Shown: positions 45,374 to 54,387 of the stretch, piece after piece
How the letters are laid out: each line of letters opens with the position of its first letter
How positions within the stretch are numbered: the stretch's first letter is position 1
NCBI GenBank assembly: GCA_964524955.1
Contig: CAZGEP010000002.1
Location: forward strand, 5,591-69,590
Reading direction: 5' to 3'
DNA from: an uncultured Planctomycetota bacterium
GTDB taxonomy: Bacteria; Planctomycetota; CAZGEP01
DNA length: 64,000 nucleotides
Made by a program: the position numbers and the translations under genes
Notes under the pieces: generated by a model
The model's input: the letters and a program-made list of their open reading frames with translations, nothing else
The model's database searches: none
What the model was told of the DNA's origin: nothing

Positions 45374-46096
45374 TTACACCCTTTTCGTGACTTTCGTGTT
45401 TTTCGTTGTTCCGTGTTTTTCGTTGTTCCGAATCCTTCCCATCATGTTCATTTTAGTTGTCTGTTCAAGACGAATGATTCCCCTGATGGGGATGTCGGTT
45501 GATTTGGAGTGCCATTCCTTGAATTTGATCTTTACTTCGCTTCCCTTAAGGGTCCGATCTTTCTGAATAACAATACAGTCAATCTCGCGGCCCTTTATTT
45601 TCAATTTTTCATCTTTAACCCGTGTGACCTTTTCGCTCAAAGGGCGGTTGTCCTCTGTCTCTGAGTGTCCGGGTTTCCAGGTTCGATAGTCTGTCATATC
45701 AGCAAAAAGTTTTGTTGCATTGGACTCCCTCGGCAGCATACGGGGCGGTGTGCCGGAAATAACTTTCGTATGAACAGAATACCCCTTATCTGAAATCTTT
45801 TTTACAGTATCTTTTCTTCTGTATTTTCCATTCATAAAACCACCGGTTGCTGTAACATCAAAGACCGCCCAGTCTCCTTTCTTTACAGGATAGGAACCTG
45901 CAGCGGTTTTTTGATTTTCCGATGCTGGAATTCCAGGTGCTTTTACAAGTGAATCTTCTGCTGGAAAGATTGTCTCCGTCCAGATGAGCCTCATCACCTG
46001 CATTCCCGAGCTGCAGCACAGGTGCGTTTCCCGGTTCAATGGCTGTAAGCTGAAAATTAGTGGAAACCCAGCGGCTCTTCCATGTATTTCCGCCAT
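45374..46096 (-). CDS. hypothetical protein, possibly the 3' part of a frameshifted gene
   Basis: 240-aa ORF overlapping the upstream ORF by 239 nt in another frame. Its last roughly 17 codons are supplied by the 45381-45435 repeat block. Confidence 0.35.
   Translation of the reverse strand: MAEIHGRAAGFPLIFSLQPLNRETHLCCSSGMQVMRLIWTETIFPAEDSLVKAPGIPASENQKTAAGSYPVKKGDWAVFDVTATGGFMNGKYRRKDTVKKISDKGYSVHTKVISGTPPRMLPRESNATKLFADMTDYRTWKPGHSETEDNRPLSEKVTRVKDEKLKIKGREIDCIVIQKDRTLKGSEVKIKFKEWHSKSTDIPIRGIIRLEQTTKMNMMGRIRNNEKHGTTKNTKVTKRV
45381..45435. repeat. T-rich TTCGTG/TTCGTTG intergenic repeat block (family A), with an internal tandem 17-mer
   Basis: CTTTTCGTGACTTTCGTGTTTTTCGTTGTTCCGTGTTTTTCGTTGTTCCGAATCC. 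CGTGTTTTTCGTTGTTC occurs twice in perfect tandem (45395-45411 and 45412-45428). Confidence 0.8.
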
Positions 46097-46529
46097 CCTG
46101 AATTATCAGAACCGTTCCCGAATTCATGTACTGAGATTGGAGCGTATGACCGGTAGCCCGTGGAGCCCGTGGATCACGATCTCCGCACGCCCATCCCTTT
46201 TTCTCTGTGGTAAAACAAACATCCCTCAGAACAGCTCTGCTGGATGTTTTTAGAACGTCCCACTTTAATCCACCGTCTTTTGTCCGGATAGCCATGCCAT
46301 TCACGCCAACAGCCCATCCTTTTTTTCCATCCTTGAGAAAAAAGACATCGTTTAGTGACTTTCCTGAGACAGCCTTGGGAAGCTTTATTTCTGTAAAAAG
46401 CCCGGCGTTCTGATCCGCATTATCGGCTCCCTTAACACTCTGCTGAGAGACCAAAACAACAATAAACGCAAGTAGTACTGCATGAAGAATGATTATCTGA
46501 CTTCTGCTGAAAATCTTTTTTTCTTTCAC
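45858..46529 (-). CDS. secreted BNR/Asp-box repeat (Ycf48/sialidase-like propeller) protein, apparently truncated
   Basis: GTG start 6 nt after AAGGAG. Signal-like IIILHAVLLAFIVVLV. Asp-box motifs TKDGGLKW and IQDGGNTW. Only about 2 blades are present before the sequence degenerates. Confidence 0.45.
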   Translation of the reverse strand: MKEKKIFSRSQIIILHAVLLAFIVVLVSQQSVKGADNADQNAGLFTEIKLPKAVSGKSLNDVFFLKDGKKGWAVGVNGMAIRTKDGGLKWDVLKTSSRAVLRDVCFTTEKKGWACGDRDPRAPRATGHTLQSQYMNSGTVLIIQDGGNTWKSRWVSTNFQLTAIEPGNAPVLQLGNAGDEAHLDGDNLSSRRFTCKSTWNSSIGKSKNRCRFLSCKERRLGGL

Positions 46530-46694
46530 AATTCTGCTCCTTTGTCTCAAGGATCAACTTAATTGCCTTGGTCGCTGGATTTATCCAGCATTTCCTTCAA
46601 TATAGATTGTTCCATGTATCGCTTCCACGATATATTTCCTAGAACGTGAGCCGCGAATGAGCAACCTTTTTGCGGATCAATTTCGATGCTATCT

Positions 46695-46734
46695 TTGTTT
46701 TCGTGTTTTTTCGTGGCGTTCGTTGTTCCCAATC
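46695..46734. repeat. family A repeat copy
   Basis: TTTGTTTTCGTGTTTTTTCGTGGCGTTCGTTGTTCCCAATC shares the TTCGTG/TTCGTTG units and the terminal GTTCCCAAT with 45381-45435 and 48073-48104. Confidence 0.7.
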
Positions 46735-46768
46735 TTTTTATCAGTTAACTATTTTTTTAAAATCAGTT

Positions 46769-48064
46769 CTATGTATTTCTTACATTCTGATCCCAGGCAG
46801 TAAGCTCTGAAAGCAATTGTGCGCGCAGGTCCGCGACCTCGGGATCGTTTACACGATTGTTCAACTCATACGGATCCTGATCCAGGTTTGTCATCAAGGT
46901 GGGGTCCAGCCCTCCCTCTTCCTTTCTATGAGCAGCCAGTTTCCATCCACTTCGAACAATCATGCACCAGTCATTAAATTCAGAGAACACAGCTTCGCAT
47001 GCGCTCTCTGTTTGCCGGTCAAGAAACGGTCCAATGCTTGTCCCATCCGCACTGTCCACCGGTGTAATTCCGGCAAGGTCCAGACACGTGGGCATCAGGT
47101 CGATACCGGATACCAGTTCATCCGTAACCCGCCCGCCGGGCAGTCCAGGTACATACATAATCAGGGGAATTCCTGCGGATTCCTCGTGCGGCAGGCATTT
47201 ATTTTTCAGGCCATGAGCCCCCTGCATGTCTCCGTGGTCCGAGGTGAATACGATCATGGTTTTTTCTTCAATGTCAAGCTCTTCGAGCCGGGTCAGCAGG
47301 CGGCCGATATTAGCGTCAATCTGCGTACACATGGCATTGTAGAGACGAATGTATTCATCAAGGTTTCTGCCGTACCGCTGGTAGTCAAGGTCACCGTCAA
47401 CGGGCCTGGGACTGCGCGGTGAAAAGGTTGGCGTAAACGGATCAATCTCCTGCACATTGGGGCGATGGACGATCTTCCGGCCTTTATAGAGCTCTGCGTA
47501 TTCCGGTGCAGGCTGTTCCGGATAATGCGGTGCCTGATACGACATCATGAGCATAAAGGGTTGATCCCCCTCAGCCAGATCATCCAGCTCCCGGATCGCC
47601 AGGTCTGTTGTCACATCTGTGCGGTGTTTTTCAAACCGGTGCTCACAGCCCTCCCTGTCGTAGAAGCAGACGTCCCGGTAGAATCCGTTGTAGCACTGAT
47701 AACCAGTGAACCGGTCAAAGCCGCCCTGAAGCTCCCGGGCAATGGGTCCGTTCCCGTTTCCGCCCAGATGCCATTTTCCAACCCAGGATGTCGTATAACC
47801 GGCACTTCCAAAGGCCTCTGCAAAGGTCGTGGTTCCCTGCGGCAGGGGATCACCGTTCCTGATAACTCCACACCGGCTTGTATACTGACCCGTCAGAAGC
47901 GATCCGCGAAACGGCCCGCAAATCGGATTGTTGGAGTAACAGCGTCGAAACAAGACGCCCTGTTTGGCCAGCCGGTCAAGGTTCGGCGTTTCAATGTTGG
48001 GATTGTCCATGCACCCAAGCGCGTAGCGATGCTGCTGGTCTGTAAAAATGAATAATAGATTCAT
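46769..48064 (-). CDS. Cys-type sulfatase
   Basis: Start set at MNLLFIFTDQQHR. Formylglycine box CGPFRGSLLTG, GKWHLGG and TSDHGD motifs. Confidence 0.9.
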   Translation of the reverse strand: MNLLFIFTDQQHRYALGCMDNPNIETPNLDRLAKQGVLFRRCYSNNPICGPFRGSLLTGQYTSRCGVIRNGDPLPQGTTTFAEAFGSAGYTTSWVGKWHLGGNGNGPIARELQGGFDRFTGYQCYNGFYRDVCFYDREGCEHRFEKHRTDVTTDLAIRELDDLAEGDQPFMLMMSYQAPHYPEQPAPEYAELYKGRKIVHRPNVQEIDPFTPTFSPRSPRPVDGDLDYQRYGRNLDEYIRLYNAMCTQIDANIGRLLTRLEELDIEEKTMIVFTSDHGDMQGAHGLKNKCLPHEESAGIPLIMYVPGLPGGRVTDELVSGIDLMPTCLDLAGITPVDSADGTSIGPFLDRQTESACEAVFSEFNDWCMIVRSGWKLAAHRKEEGGLDPTLMTNLDQDPYELNNRVNDPEVADLRAQLLSELTAWDQNVRNT

Positions 48065-48072
48065 ATGTTTAA

Positions 48073-48104
48073 TTGCGTCCCTTGCGTCATTTGCGTTCCC
48101 AATT
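48073..48104. repeat. family A repeat copy (TTGCGT variant)
   Basis: TTGCGTCCCTTGCGTCATTTGCGTTCCCAAT ends in the same GTTCCCAAT. Lies in the 5' leader of the sulfatase gene. Confidence 0.6.
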
Positions 48105-48126
48105 TTTCTAAACACAAAAACAGGTT

Positions 48127-48160
48127 TTGACAGGATTAACCGGATTGACAGGATGAATAA
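48127..48160. repeat. family B repeat, solo copy of the GACAGGATTAAC..GGATGAAT motif
   Basis: TTGACAGGATTAACCGGATTGACAGGATGAATAA is near-identical to the terminal repeats of the 54388-54560 element. Confidence 0.75.
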
Positions 48161-48176
48161 TGAAAATCTTTCTTCA

Positions 48177-49148
48177 TTATTTCTTTCCCGTTACCTCTGG
48201 ATAGTTGCCGTGTTCGCGCCATACTTCGAGTATGAGTTCGTACCGCTTAAGCGGAAGGCCGGTATAGATGCAGTTGCTGGTGGAAAAGATGTATCCGCCG
48301 CCGGGCATGCCTTTTTCCAGGGCATAGCGTGCGGATTCAACGGCTTCTTCCTCGGTACCGGTCTGAAGCAGTCCGCAGTTCACGTTTCCGACCAGACAGA
48401 TCTGGTCTCCGTATTGTTTCTTGACTTCACCGATGTCCACGCCGGCCTGCGGATCAATGGAATGAAGTGCATGCGGATTGCAGTCCACCAGCTGATCAAT
48501 GATGGGCATGATATCGCCGTCAGTGTGCTTAATGGTGTAAAATCCCATGGACCGGTATTCGGCAATAAGCTCCTTGAGATAGGGATGTACGAATTCACCG
48601 AACTGGTCCGGGCTGAGAAAGGGGCCGTCGTTGAGGCAGTAGTCAGAACACATGCCAAAGCCGTCGAGTCCGCCGTGTTTTTTCAGTTCTTCGGCATTTC
48701 GGAGTGTATCTTCCACCCGTTGTGCTGCGTTTGATTTGAGCTCCTGGGGAGCGTCCACCATTTTATAGGAGAACTCCACCATGTTATCGCCGTTGGGAAT
48801 GCCGTACGTGGCATCTCCGTGTTTGAGCAAAAAGTATTTGTCGCCGCTCTTTTTCCGGATTTCATCGATCAGGCGGCAGGTTTCTTCCATGGTTCCCGGG
48901 TTGGGATGAATAAAAATGGCACTGTGTTCATATTTTTCCGCGGTCTGGATGTAAAGATCGGCCTGGTCTTCCCTGTGCAGCTGGCGTTCTTTTTCCTCCA
49001 TCTGATCCCACTGTTTGTACGACCGCTGGTGCGGATGAACTCGGCCGAATGCTTCCATGGTCAGGAAAAAAACAAGTTCAAAATGGGGGACGCGCCCGGT
49101 AATGGGTTTTCTCTCAAGTGCGGCAATAAAACGTTCTCGTTTGGTCAT
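48177..49148 (-). CDS. URO-D-family protein (second paralogue)
   Basis: ..IKHTDGDIMPIIDQLVDCNPHALHSIDPQ.., ..LVGNVNCGLLQTGTEEE.. and ..GGGYIFSTSNCI.. follow the URO-D/MtaA TIM-barrel pattern. 323 aa. Confidence 0.7.
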   Translation of the reverse strand: MTKRERFIAALERKPITGRVPHFELVFFLTMEAFGRVHPHQRSYKQWDQMEEKERQLHREDQADLYIQTAEKYEHSAIFIHPNPGTMEETCRLIDEIRKKSGDKYFLLKHGDATYGIPNGDNMVEFSYKMVDAPQELKSNAAQRVEDTLRNAEELKKHGGLDGFGMCSDYCLNDGPFLSPDQFGEFVHPYLKELIAEYRSMGFYTIKHTDGDIMPIIDQLVDCNPHALHSIDPQAGVDIGEVKKQYGDQICLVGNVNCGLLQTGTEEEAVESARYALEKGMPGGGYIFSTSNCIYTGLPLKRYELILEVWREHGNYPEVTGKK

Positions 49149-49167
49149 GGGATTTCTCCGGTGAGGT

Positions 49168-49623
49168 TCAGGAATTCGAGCCGTTTAAAGTCGGAGCAGC
49201 AGACGCGGTGTCTGCGGCAAGGTTTTTCTTTCTCACGGTATCCAGAATGCCGTTAATAAAGCTGCCCGAGGAAACGGTGCTGTATTTTTTGGCCAGCTCA
49301 ATGGCTTCATTGATCGTGACTTTTTCCGGGATATCGCTGCGAAAAAGCAGCTCGTAGATGCCCATGCGGATAATATTCATATCAATGACCGCGATCCGGT
49401 CGATCTTCCAGTTGCTGGAGGTTTCGGATGTCAGCCGGTCAATGTCCTCCATTTTTTCTTGAATTCCGGAAATCAGTTCCCGGGCAAATGCCAGGGCCGG
49501 TTGCGGATGGTCATCATAGTACGAAAGAAATTCTTCAATATCCTCGGACCGGTCTTTTTCCAAAAGGCTTTTCTGGTAGAGATAGTGGAGGGTGATCTCT
49601 CTGGATACGGTTCGGTTTCGCAT
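49168..49623 (-). CDS. nusB: transcription antitermination factor NusB
   Basis: 151 aa. Helical NusB pattern (REITLHYLYQ..., NIIRMGIYELLF, INEAIELAKKY). Located after ribH, as in many bacteria. Confidence 0.85.
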   Translation of the reverse strand: MRNRTVSREITLHYLYQKSLLEKDRSEDIEEFLSYYDDHPQPALAFARELISGIQEKMEDIDRLTSETSSNWKIDRIAVIDMNIIRMGIYELLFRSDIPEKVTINEAIELAKKYSTVSSGSFINGILDTVRKKNLAADTASAAPTLNGSNS

Positions 49624-49641
49624 GAAATTCTGCTACAGGTA

Positions 49642-50112
49642 TCAGTTGATTTTGCTGTACAGGTTGACCAGTTCAATGGCGGATACAGCCGCGTCCGCTC
49701 CTTTGTTGCCTGCCTTGGTACCGGCCCGCTCCAGGGCCTGTTCCAGGGTGTCGGTCGTCAGCACACCAAAGGTAACCGGTGTATCATTTTGAAGCGCGAC
49801 CTGGGCAATTCCCTTGGCCGCTTCAGCCGCCACATAGTCAAAGTGCGGGGTTTCGCCCCGGATAACCGCGCCCAGGCAGATAATGGCGGAATATTTTCCC
49901 ACAGCCGCGATCCGGGCCGCGGTCTGCGGTATTTCAAAGGAGCCGGGCACCCAGAACACGGTAATGTTCTTTTCGTCGCCACCGTGACGCACAATCATGT
50001 CACAGGCGCCCTCAAGCAGCTTGGAACTGATGAGTTCATTAAATCGGCTGACGATCATCGCAAATTTCGCGCCCCTGGGGACCGTAAGTTCTCCCTGTGT
50101 GATTTGTTTCAT
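49642..50112 (-). CDS. ribH: 6,7-dimethyl-8-ribityllumazine synthase
   Basis: [12 protein letters not shown]..., [11 protein letters not shown] and [11 protein letters not shown] motifs. 156 aa. Confidence 0.9.
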   Translation of the reverse strand: MKQITQGELTVPRGAKFAMIVSRFNELISSKLLEGACDMIVRHGGDEKNITVFWVPGSFEIPQTAARIAAVGKYSAIICLGAVIRGETPHFDYVAAEAAKGIAQVALQNDTPVTFGVLTTDTLEQALERAGTKAGNKGADAAVSAIELVNLYSKIN

Positions 50113-51335
50113 TGTATGGTTTCCTCCAGTAAATGTCCGAGTTTATCTTTTTTGGTTTTCAGGTAACGCATGTTGGTCTCTTTGGGCGGTATCTGAATCG
50201 ATACTCGTTCAACAATCTCTATGCCGTAACCGCCCAGGCCCACGACCTTTCTCGGGTTGTTGGTTATCAGCCGAATTTTGCGAACGCCCAGATCAGAGAG
50301 GATCTGGGCACCGATGCCGTATCGTCTCAAATCCGGCTGAAATCCGAGTTTTTCATTGGCTTCGACCGTATCGTATCCCTGCTCCTGCAGGGAATAGGCT
50401 TTGATTTTGTTTTCCAGGCCAATGCCTCTTCCTTCCTGGCGCATGTAGACAAACACCCCTTTTCCCTCTTTTTCAATCATGGCCAGGGATCGCCCAAGCT
50501 GGTCACCGCAGTCACACCGCAGAGAGCCGAGAATGTCTCCGGTAAAACACTCGGAGTGAACGCGGGTCAGCACGGGTTCTTCGCAGGTTTTCAAACTGCC
50601 GGGAGCCAGATCTCCCTTTACCAGAGCGATATTGCAGATTTCGTCAATAACGGTTTTATACAGATGCAGGGTAAAATCACCGTATTGGGTAGGCAGGGCC
50701 GTGGAGGTAACGCACTCCACCAGATGATCCGTTCGGTTGCGGTATTCAATGATGTCTTCCACGCTGCAGACCGGAATGTTGTGTTCCTTTCCGAACTCCA
50801 GGAGTTCGGGAAGCCGCGCCATCTGGCCGTCTTCTTTCATAATTTCACAGATCACGGCCGCAGGCTTGAGACCCGCGATCCGTGCCAGGTCCACTCCGGC
50901 TTCGGTCTGGCCGGCCCGCACCAGCACACCGCCGTCTCTTGCGCGTAGCGGAAAGATATGTCCCGGACGTACAAAGTCTTCGGGCCGGGCATTGTCCCGG
51001 ACCGCATCGGCAATGGTCTTGGCCCGGTCATGGGCTGATATGCCGGTTGTTATTCCGCTTGCCGCATCAATGGATACGGTAAAGGCAGTATGAAAGGCCG
51101 AGGTGTTTTCGCTGACCATCATGGGAAGGTTGAGCTTTTCGGCAAAATCGCCGGAAAGGGCCAGGCAGATCAGCCCCCGGCCGTGTGTGGCCATAAAGTT
51201 GACGGCTTCAGGGGTAACCTTTTCCGCGGCAATGATCAGGTCGCCTTCATTTTCCCGGTTTTCGTCATCTACCACAATCACCATTTTGCCGGCTGTGATA
51301 TCCTGTATAATTTTGGGGATTTCTGTAAGTGCCAT
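50109..51335 (-). CDS. ribBA: bifunctional DHBP synthase / GTP cyclohydrolase II
   Basis: [21 protein letters not shown] (RibB) and [19 protein letters not shown] (RibA zinc site). 408 aa. Confidence 0.9.
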   Translation of the reverse strand: MALTEIPKIIQDITAGKMVIVVDDENRENEGDLIIAAEKVTPEAVNFMATHGRGLICLALSGDFAEKLNLPMMVSENTSAFHTAFTVSIDAASGITTGISAHDRAKTIADAVRDNARPEDFVRPGHIFPLRARDGGVLVRAGQTEAGVDLARIAGLKPAAVICEIMKEDGQMARLPELLEFGKEHNIPVCSVEDIIEYRNRTDHLVECVTSTALPTQYGDFTLHLYKTVIDEICNIALVKGDLAPGSLKTCEEPVLTRVHSECFTGDILGSLRCDCGDQLGRSLAMIEKEGKGVFVYMRQEGRGIGLENKIKAYSLQEQGYDTVEANEKLGFQPDLRRYGIGAQILSDLGVRKIRLITNNPRKVVGLGGYGIEIVERVSIQIPPKETNMRYLKTKKDKLGHLLEETIQ

Positions 51336-51342
51336 GGGTTTC

Positions 51343-52581
51343 TCAGGTGTTTAAAAGAATGTATATCACTCCAACCGCAATAATGATTATACCAATCAGA
51401 ACCGCGAGTGTCATTATTTTTAATTTGAATTTAAGTTTTTCGTTTTCGTTTTTCAGTTCCACGTTGCGGCTGGACTCGCCCTTGAAGGCGTTGATAATTG
51501 ATGTCCGGGTCATGTCGAGATGCCCGCTGGCTGAGGTCTCCTTGAACCGGATGGATTCCAAATCATTGAAGAGTTCCTTGAAGCTCTGATGGCGTTTGTT
51601 GCGGTCCCTGGAAATCATCTTGTGAATCACTCGGGAGAGTTCGTCCGGCAGCTCTTTGCCCGCGACCTTGGCAACCGGCGGGACATTGGATTTCATGTGC
51701 TGTTTGATGACCGAGGAAACCGTTCCCTTGAAGGGAACTTCGCCCGCGATCATGTGGTAGTAGCTGACGCCCAGCGAGTAGATGTCGGCCCGGAAATCCA
51801 CGTCTTCTCCGGCTGCCTGTTCAGGTGCGATGTAGTCCGGGGTTCCCAGGATCTCTCCGGATCCGGAGATCTCCGAGTCATATATGGACTTGAGAAACCC
51901 GAAATCTCCAAGCTTGGCCACTCCCGTCTTGGTCAGCAGGATATTTCCCGGCTTCACATCCCGGTGCACCACATCAAACTCCTTGATGTAGTTGAGGGCT
52001 CGCGCAACCTGACGCACGATATTCGTGGCCACGCCTACAGGCATAAGCCCGTTGTTTTCTATATAATGCTCCAGGGTCTCGCCGTCTACGAATTCCATGG
52101 AAAAAAAGAGCAGGTTATCCACCTGGCTGACATCGTAAATCTGCAGCAGGTTCTGGTGGCTCATCTTTCCGGTGATCCGGGCTTCAAGAATAAACCGGTT
52201 GTAAAATTCCCGGTCACTCAGCCACTTGGGATGCAGGACCTTGAGCGCAACGATCCGGTTCATGGTAATCTGCTTGGCCTTATACACGGTTCCCAGGCCA
52301 CCGTCTCCGATCTTGGAGATGATCTTGTAACCCGGGATATAAATGTCATCCTTGTTGGCATCCCGCTCCAGACGCTTGAGTGCTGTATGAATGGCCTTGA
52401 TTTCACTGGCCTTAAGCAGCCCATGTGCCAAAAAGAGATCCGCGATATTTCTGAATTCATACCGGTCGCTCTGCCGATATGCCTCCAGGCTCTGGTCCAC
52501 ATCCGCCGTGTCAATCAGTCCGGCTTCCACGCCCATGGAACAGAAGGATTTCGCGCTGTCCATCTCCCGTTTGTCACGCAT
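51343..52581 (-). CDS. Hanks-type Ser/Thr protein kinase with C-terminal membrane anchor
   Basis: [28 protein letters not shown] and GTPDYIAPE motifs. C-terminal [24 protein letters not shown]. Its start overlaps the aspS stop by 8 nt. Confidence 0.85.
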   Translation of the reverse strand: MRDKREMDSAKSFCSMGVEAGLIDTADVDQSLEAYRQSDRYEFRNIADLFLAHGLLKASEIKAIHTALKRLERDANKDDIYIPGYKIISKIGDGGLGTVYKAKQITMNRIVALKVLHPKWLSDREFYNRFILEARITGKMSHQNLLQIYDVSQVDNLLFFSMEFVDGETLEHYIENNGLMPVGVATNIVRQVARALNYIKEFDVVHRDVKPGNILLTKTGVAKLGDFGFLKSIYDSEISGSGEILGTPDYIAPEQAAGEDVDFRADIYSLGVSYYHMIAGEVPFKGTVSSVIKQHMKSNVPPVAKVAGKELPDELSRVIHKMISRDRNKRHQSFKELFNDLESIRFKETSASGHLDMTRTSIINAFKGESSRNVELKNENEKLKFKLKIMTLAVLIGIIIIAVGVIYILLNT

Positions 52582-54352
52582 TTTTTACTCCACGTAATTT
52601 AATACCCAGCTCCCGAAGCTGATCGGAAGCCACATTCGACGGCGCACCTGTAAAGAGACACTGGCCCCGCTGGGTTTTAGGGAATGCAATCACATCCCGA
52701 ATGGAATCTTCTCCGCAGAGAATCATGACCAGCCGGTCAAACCCGAAGGCAATTCCGCCGTGGGGCGGTGCTCCATAGCGCAGACCTTCAAAGAGAAAAG
52801 AAAACTTTTCTTCCATATCCTCATTGGAAATCCCGAGGATTTCCAGCACCTTGCGCTGCAGTTTTTCATTGTGAATCCGGATACTGCCTCCGCCGATCTC
52901 CACACCGTTTAAAACCAGGTCATAGGAGTCGGAAAGCACGTCCAGCGGTGCAGATTCAAGTTTGTCCATATCCGCTTCTTTGGGAATGGTGAAAGGATGA
53001 TGGACATATGTAATTTTTCCGGTGTCTTCGTCTTTTTCAAAGAGCGGGGCATCCACGACCCAGACGAATTCATAGGTGTTTTCCTGGATCAGGCCAAGCC
53101 GTTTGGCCAGGTGGCAGCGGAGTGCGCCCAGTGCATTCTGAACAACGGATGTCCGGTCTGCGACAAAGAAAAGAATGTCGCCGGGCTCGGCCTGAGCGGC
53201 GCTGACGATCTTTGCGGACACGTCCCGGGGAAAGAATTTTGCGATCGGCGAATTCACGCCGTTCTCCTCGACCTTGAACCAGGCCAGGCCTTTGGCTCCA
53301 TAATCACTGACAAATTGAACCAGGCCGTCAATATCCTTTCGGGAGAATTTATCGGCTGCGCCCTCTGCCCGGATACAGCTGACCCGGCCGCCTTTTTCCA
53401 CAGTACCGGTAAACACCTTGAATTCACTGCCAGCGATCTGTTCACTGACATTGACCAGCTCCATGCCAAACCGCAGGTCAGGCTTGTCGCTGCCGAATCG
53501 TTCTTTGGCTTCCATATAGGGCATGCGCCTGAAGGATGTTTCCAGGTCCATGTCCAGGCATTCCTTCCACAATCGCCGTACCATGCCCTCGATGACGTCG
53601 ATAATATCTTTCATGTCCACAAAGGACATCTCCACATCAACCTGGGTGAATTCCGGCTGACGATCGGCCCGCAGGTCTTCATCCCGGAAGCACTTGACCA
53701 TCTGGATGTAGCGGTCATATCCCGCGGCCATGATCATCTGCTTGAAGAGCTGCGGTGACTGGGGCAGGGCATAAAACATACCGGCATTGACACGGCTTGG
53801 AACCAGAAAGTCCCGCGCGCCTTCGGGCGTGCTTTTGGTCAGAAAGGGGGTTTCGACTTCAATAAACCCCTTCTGATAGAAGTAGTCCCGGATCGCATAG
53901 GCGGCCTTGCTGCGCAGAATCATGTTCTGCTGCATGGGCGGTCGCCGCAGGTCCAGAAAGCGGTATTTGAGACGAACTTCCTCGCCGGCATCGGTATATT
54001 CGGAGGGTTCAAAGGGCGGGGTTTCACAGTCATTGAGGATGGCGACTTCTTCACAGTCGATTTCGATCTCGCCGGTTGCAAGCTTGGGATTCACATTCCC
54101 GTCAAGCCTGGGAACGACATTGCCCAGAACCTCAACCACGGACTGGATTCGAATCGATTCCGCAGTGCTGAAAAAGTCCTTCCCTTTGTCCGGATGAAAT
54201 TTAACCTGGGTTTTTCCCCAGCGGTCTCTGATGTCAATGAAGATCACGCCGCCGTGGTCCCGGCGGTTCTCTACCCAGCCTTTGAGTGTAACAGTCTGAT
54301 CAATATGCGAAGCCCTGAGCTCTCCGCATGTATGCGTTCGTTTGCCAATCAA
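52574..54352 (-). CDS. aspS: aspartate--tRNA ligase
   Basis: OB-fold N-terminus (RTHTCGELR...V.L.GWV) and class II motifs (FRDEDLRADRQPEFTQ, GGGSIRIH, PPHGGIAFGFDR). 592 aa. Confidence 0.95.
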   Translation of the reverse strand: MIGKRTHTCGELRASHIDQTVTLKGWVENRRDHGGVIFIDIRDRWGKTQVKFHPDKGKDFFSTAESIRIQSVVEVLGNVVPRLDGNVNPKLATGEIEIDCEEVAILNDCETPPFEPSEYTDAGEEVRLKYRFLDLRRPPMQQNMILRSKAAYAIRDYFYQKGFIEVETPFLTKSTPEGARDFLVPSRVNAGMFYALPQSPQLFKQMIMAAGYDRYIQMVKCFRDEDLRADRQPEFTQVDVEMSFVDMKDIIDVIEGMVRRLWKECLDMDLETSFRRMPYMEAKERFGSDKPDLRFGMELVNVSEQIAGSEFKVFTGTVEKGGRVSCIRAEGAADKFSRKDIDGLVQFVSDYGAKGLAWFKVEENGVNSPIAKFFPRDVSAKIVSAAQAEPGDILFFVADRTSVVQNALGALRCHLAKRLGLIQENTYEFVWVVDAPLFEKDEDTGKITYVHHPFTIPKEADMDKLESAPLDVLSDSYDLVLNGVEIGGGSIRIHNEKLQRKVLEILGISNEDMEEKFSFLFEGLRYGAPPHGGIAFGFDRLVMILCGEDSIRDVIAFPKTQRGQCLFTGAPSNVASDQLRELGIKLRGVKNA

Positions 54353-54387
54353 GTGAACCTCTCCTTAAGAAAACAATAAAAGAATTT

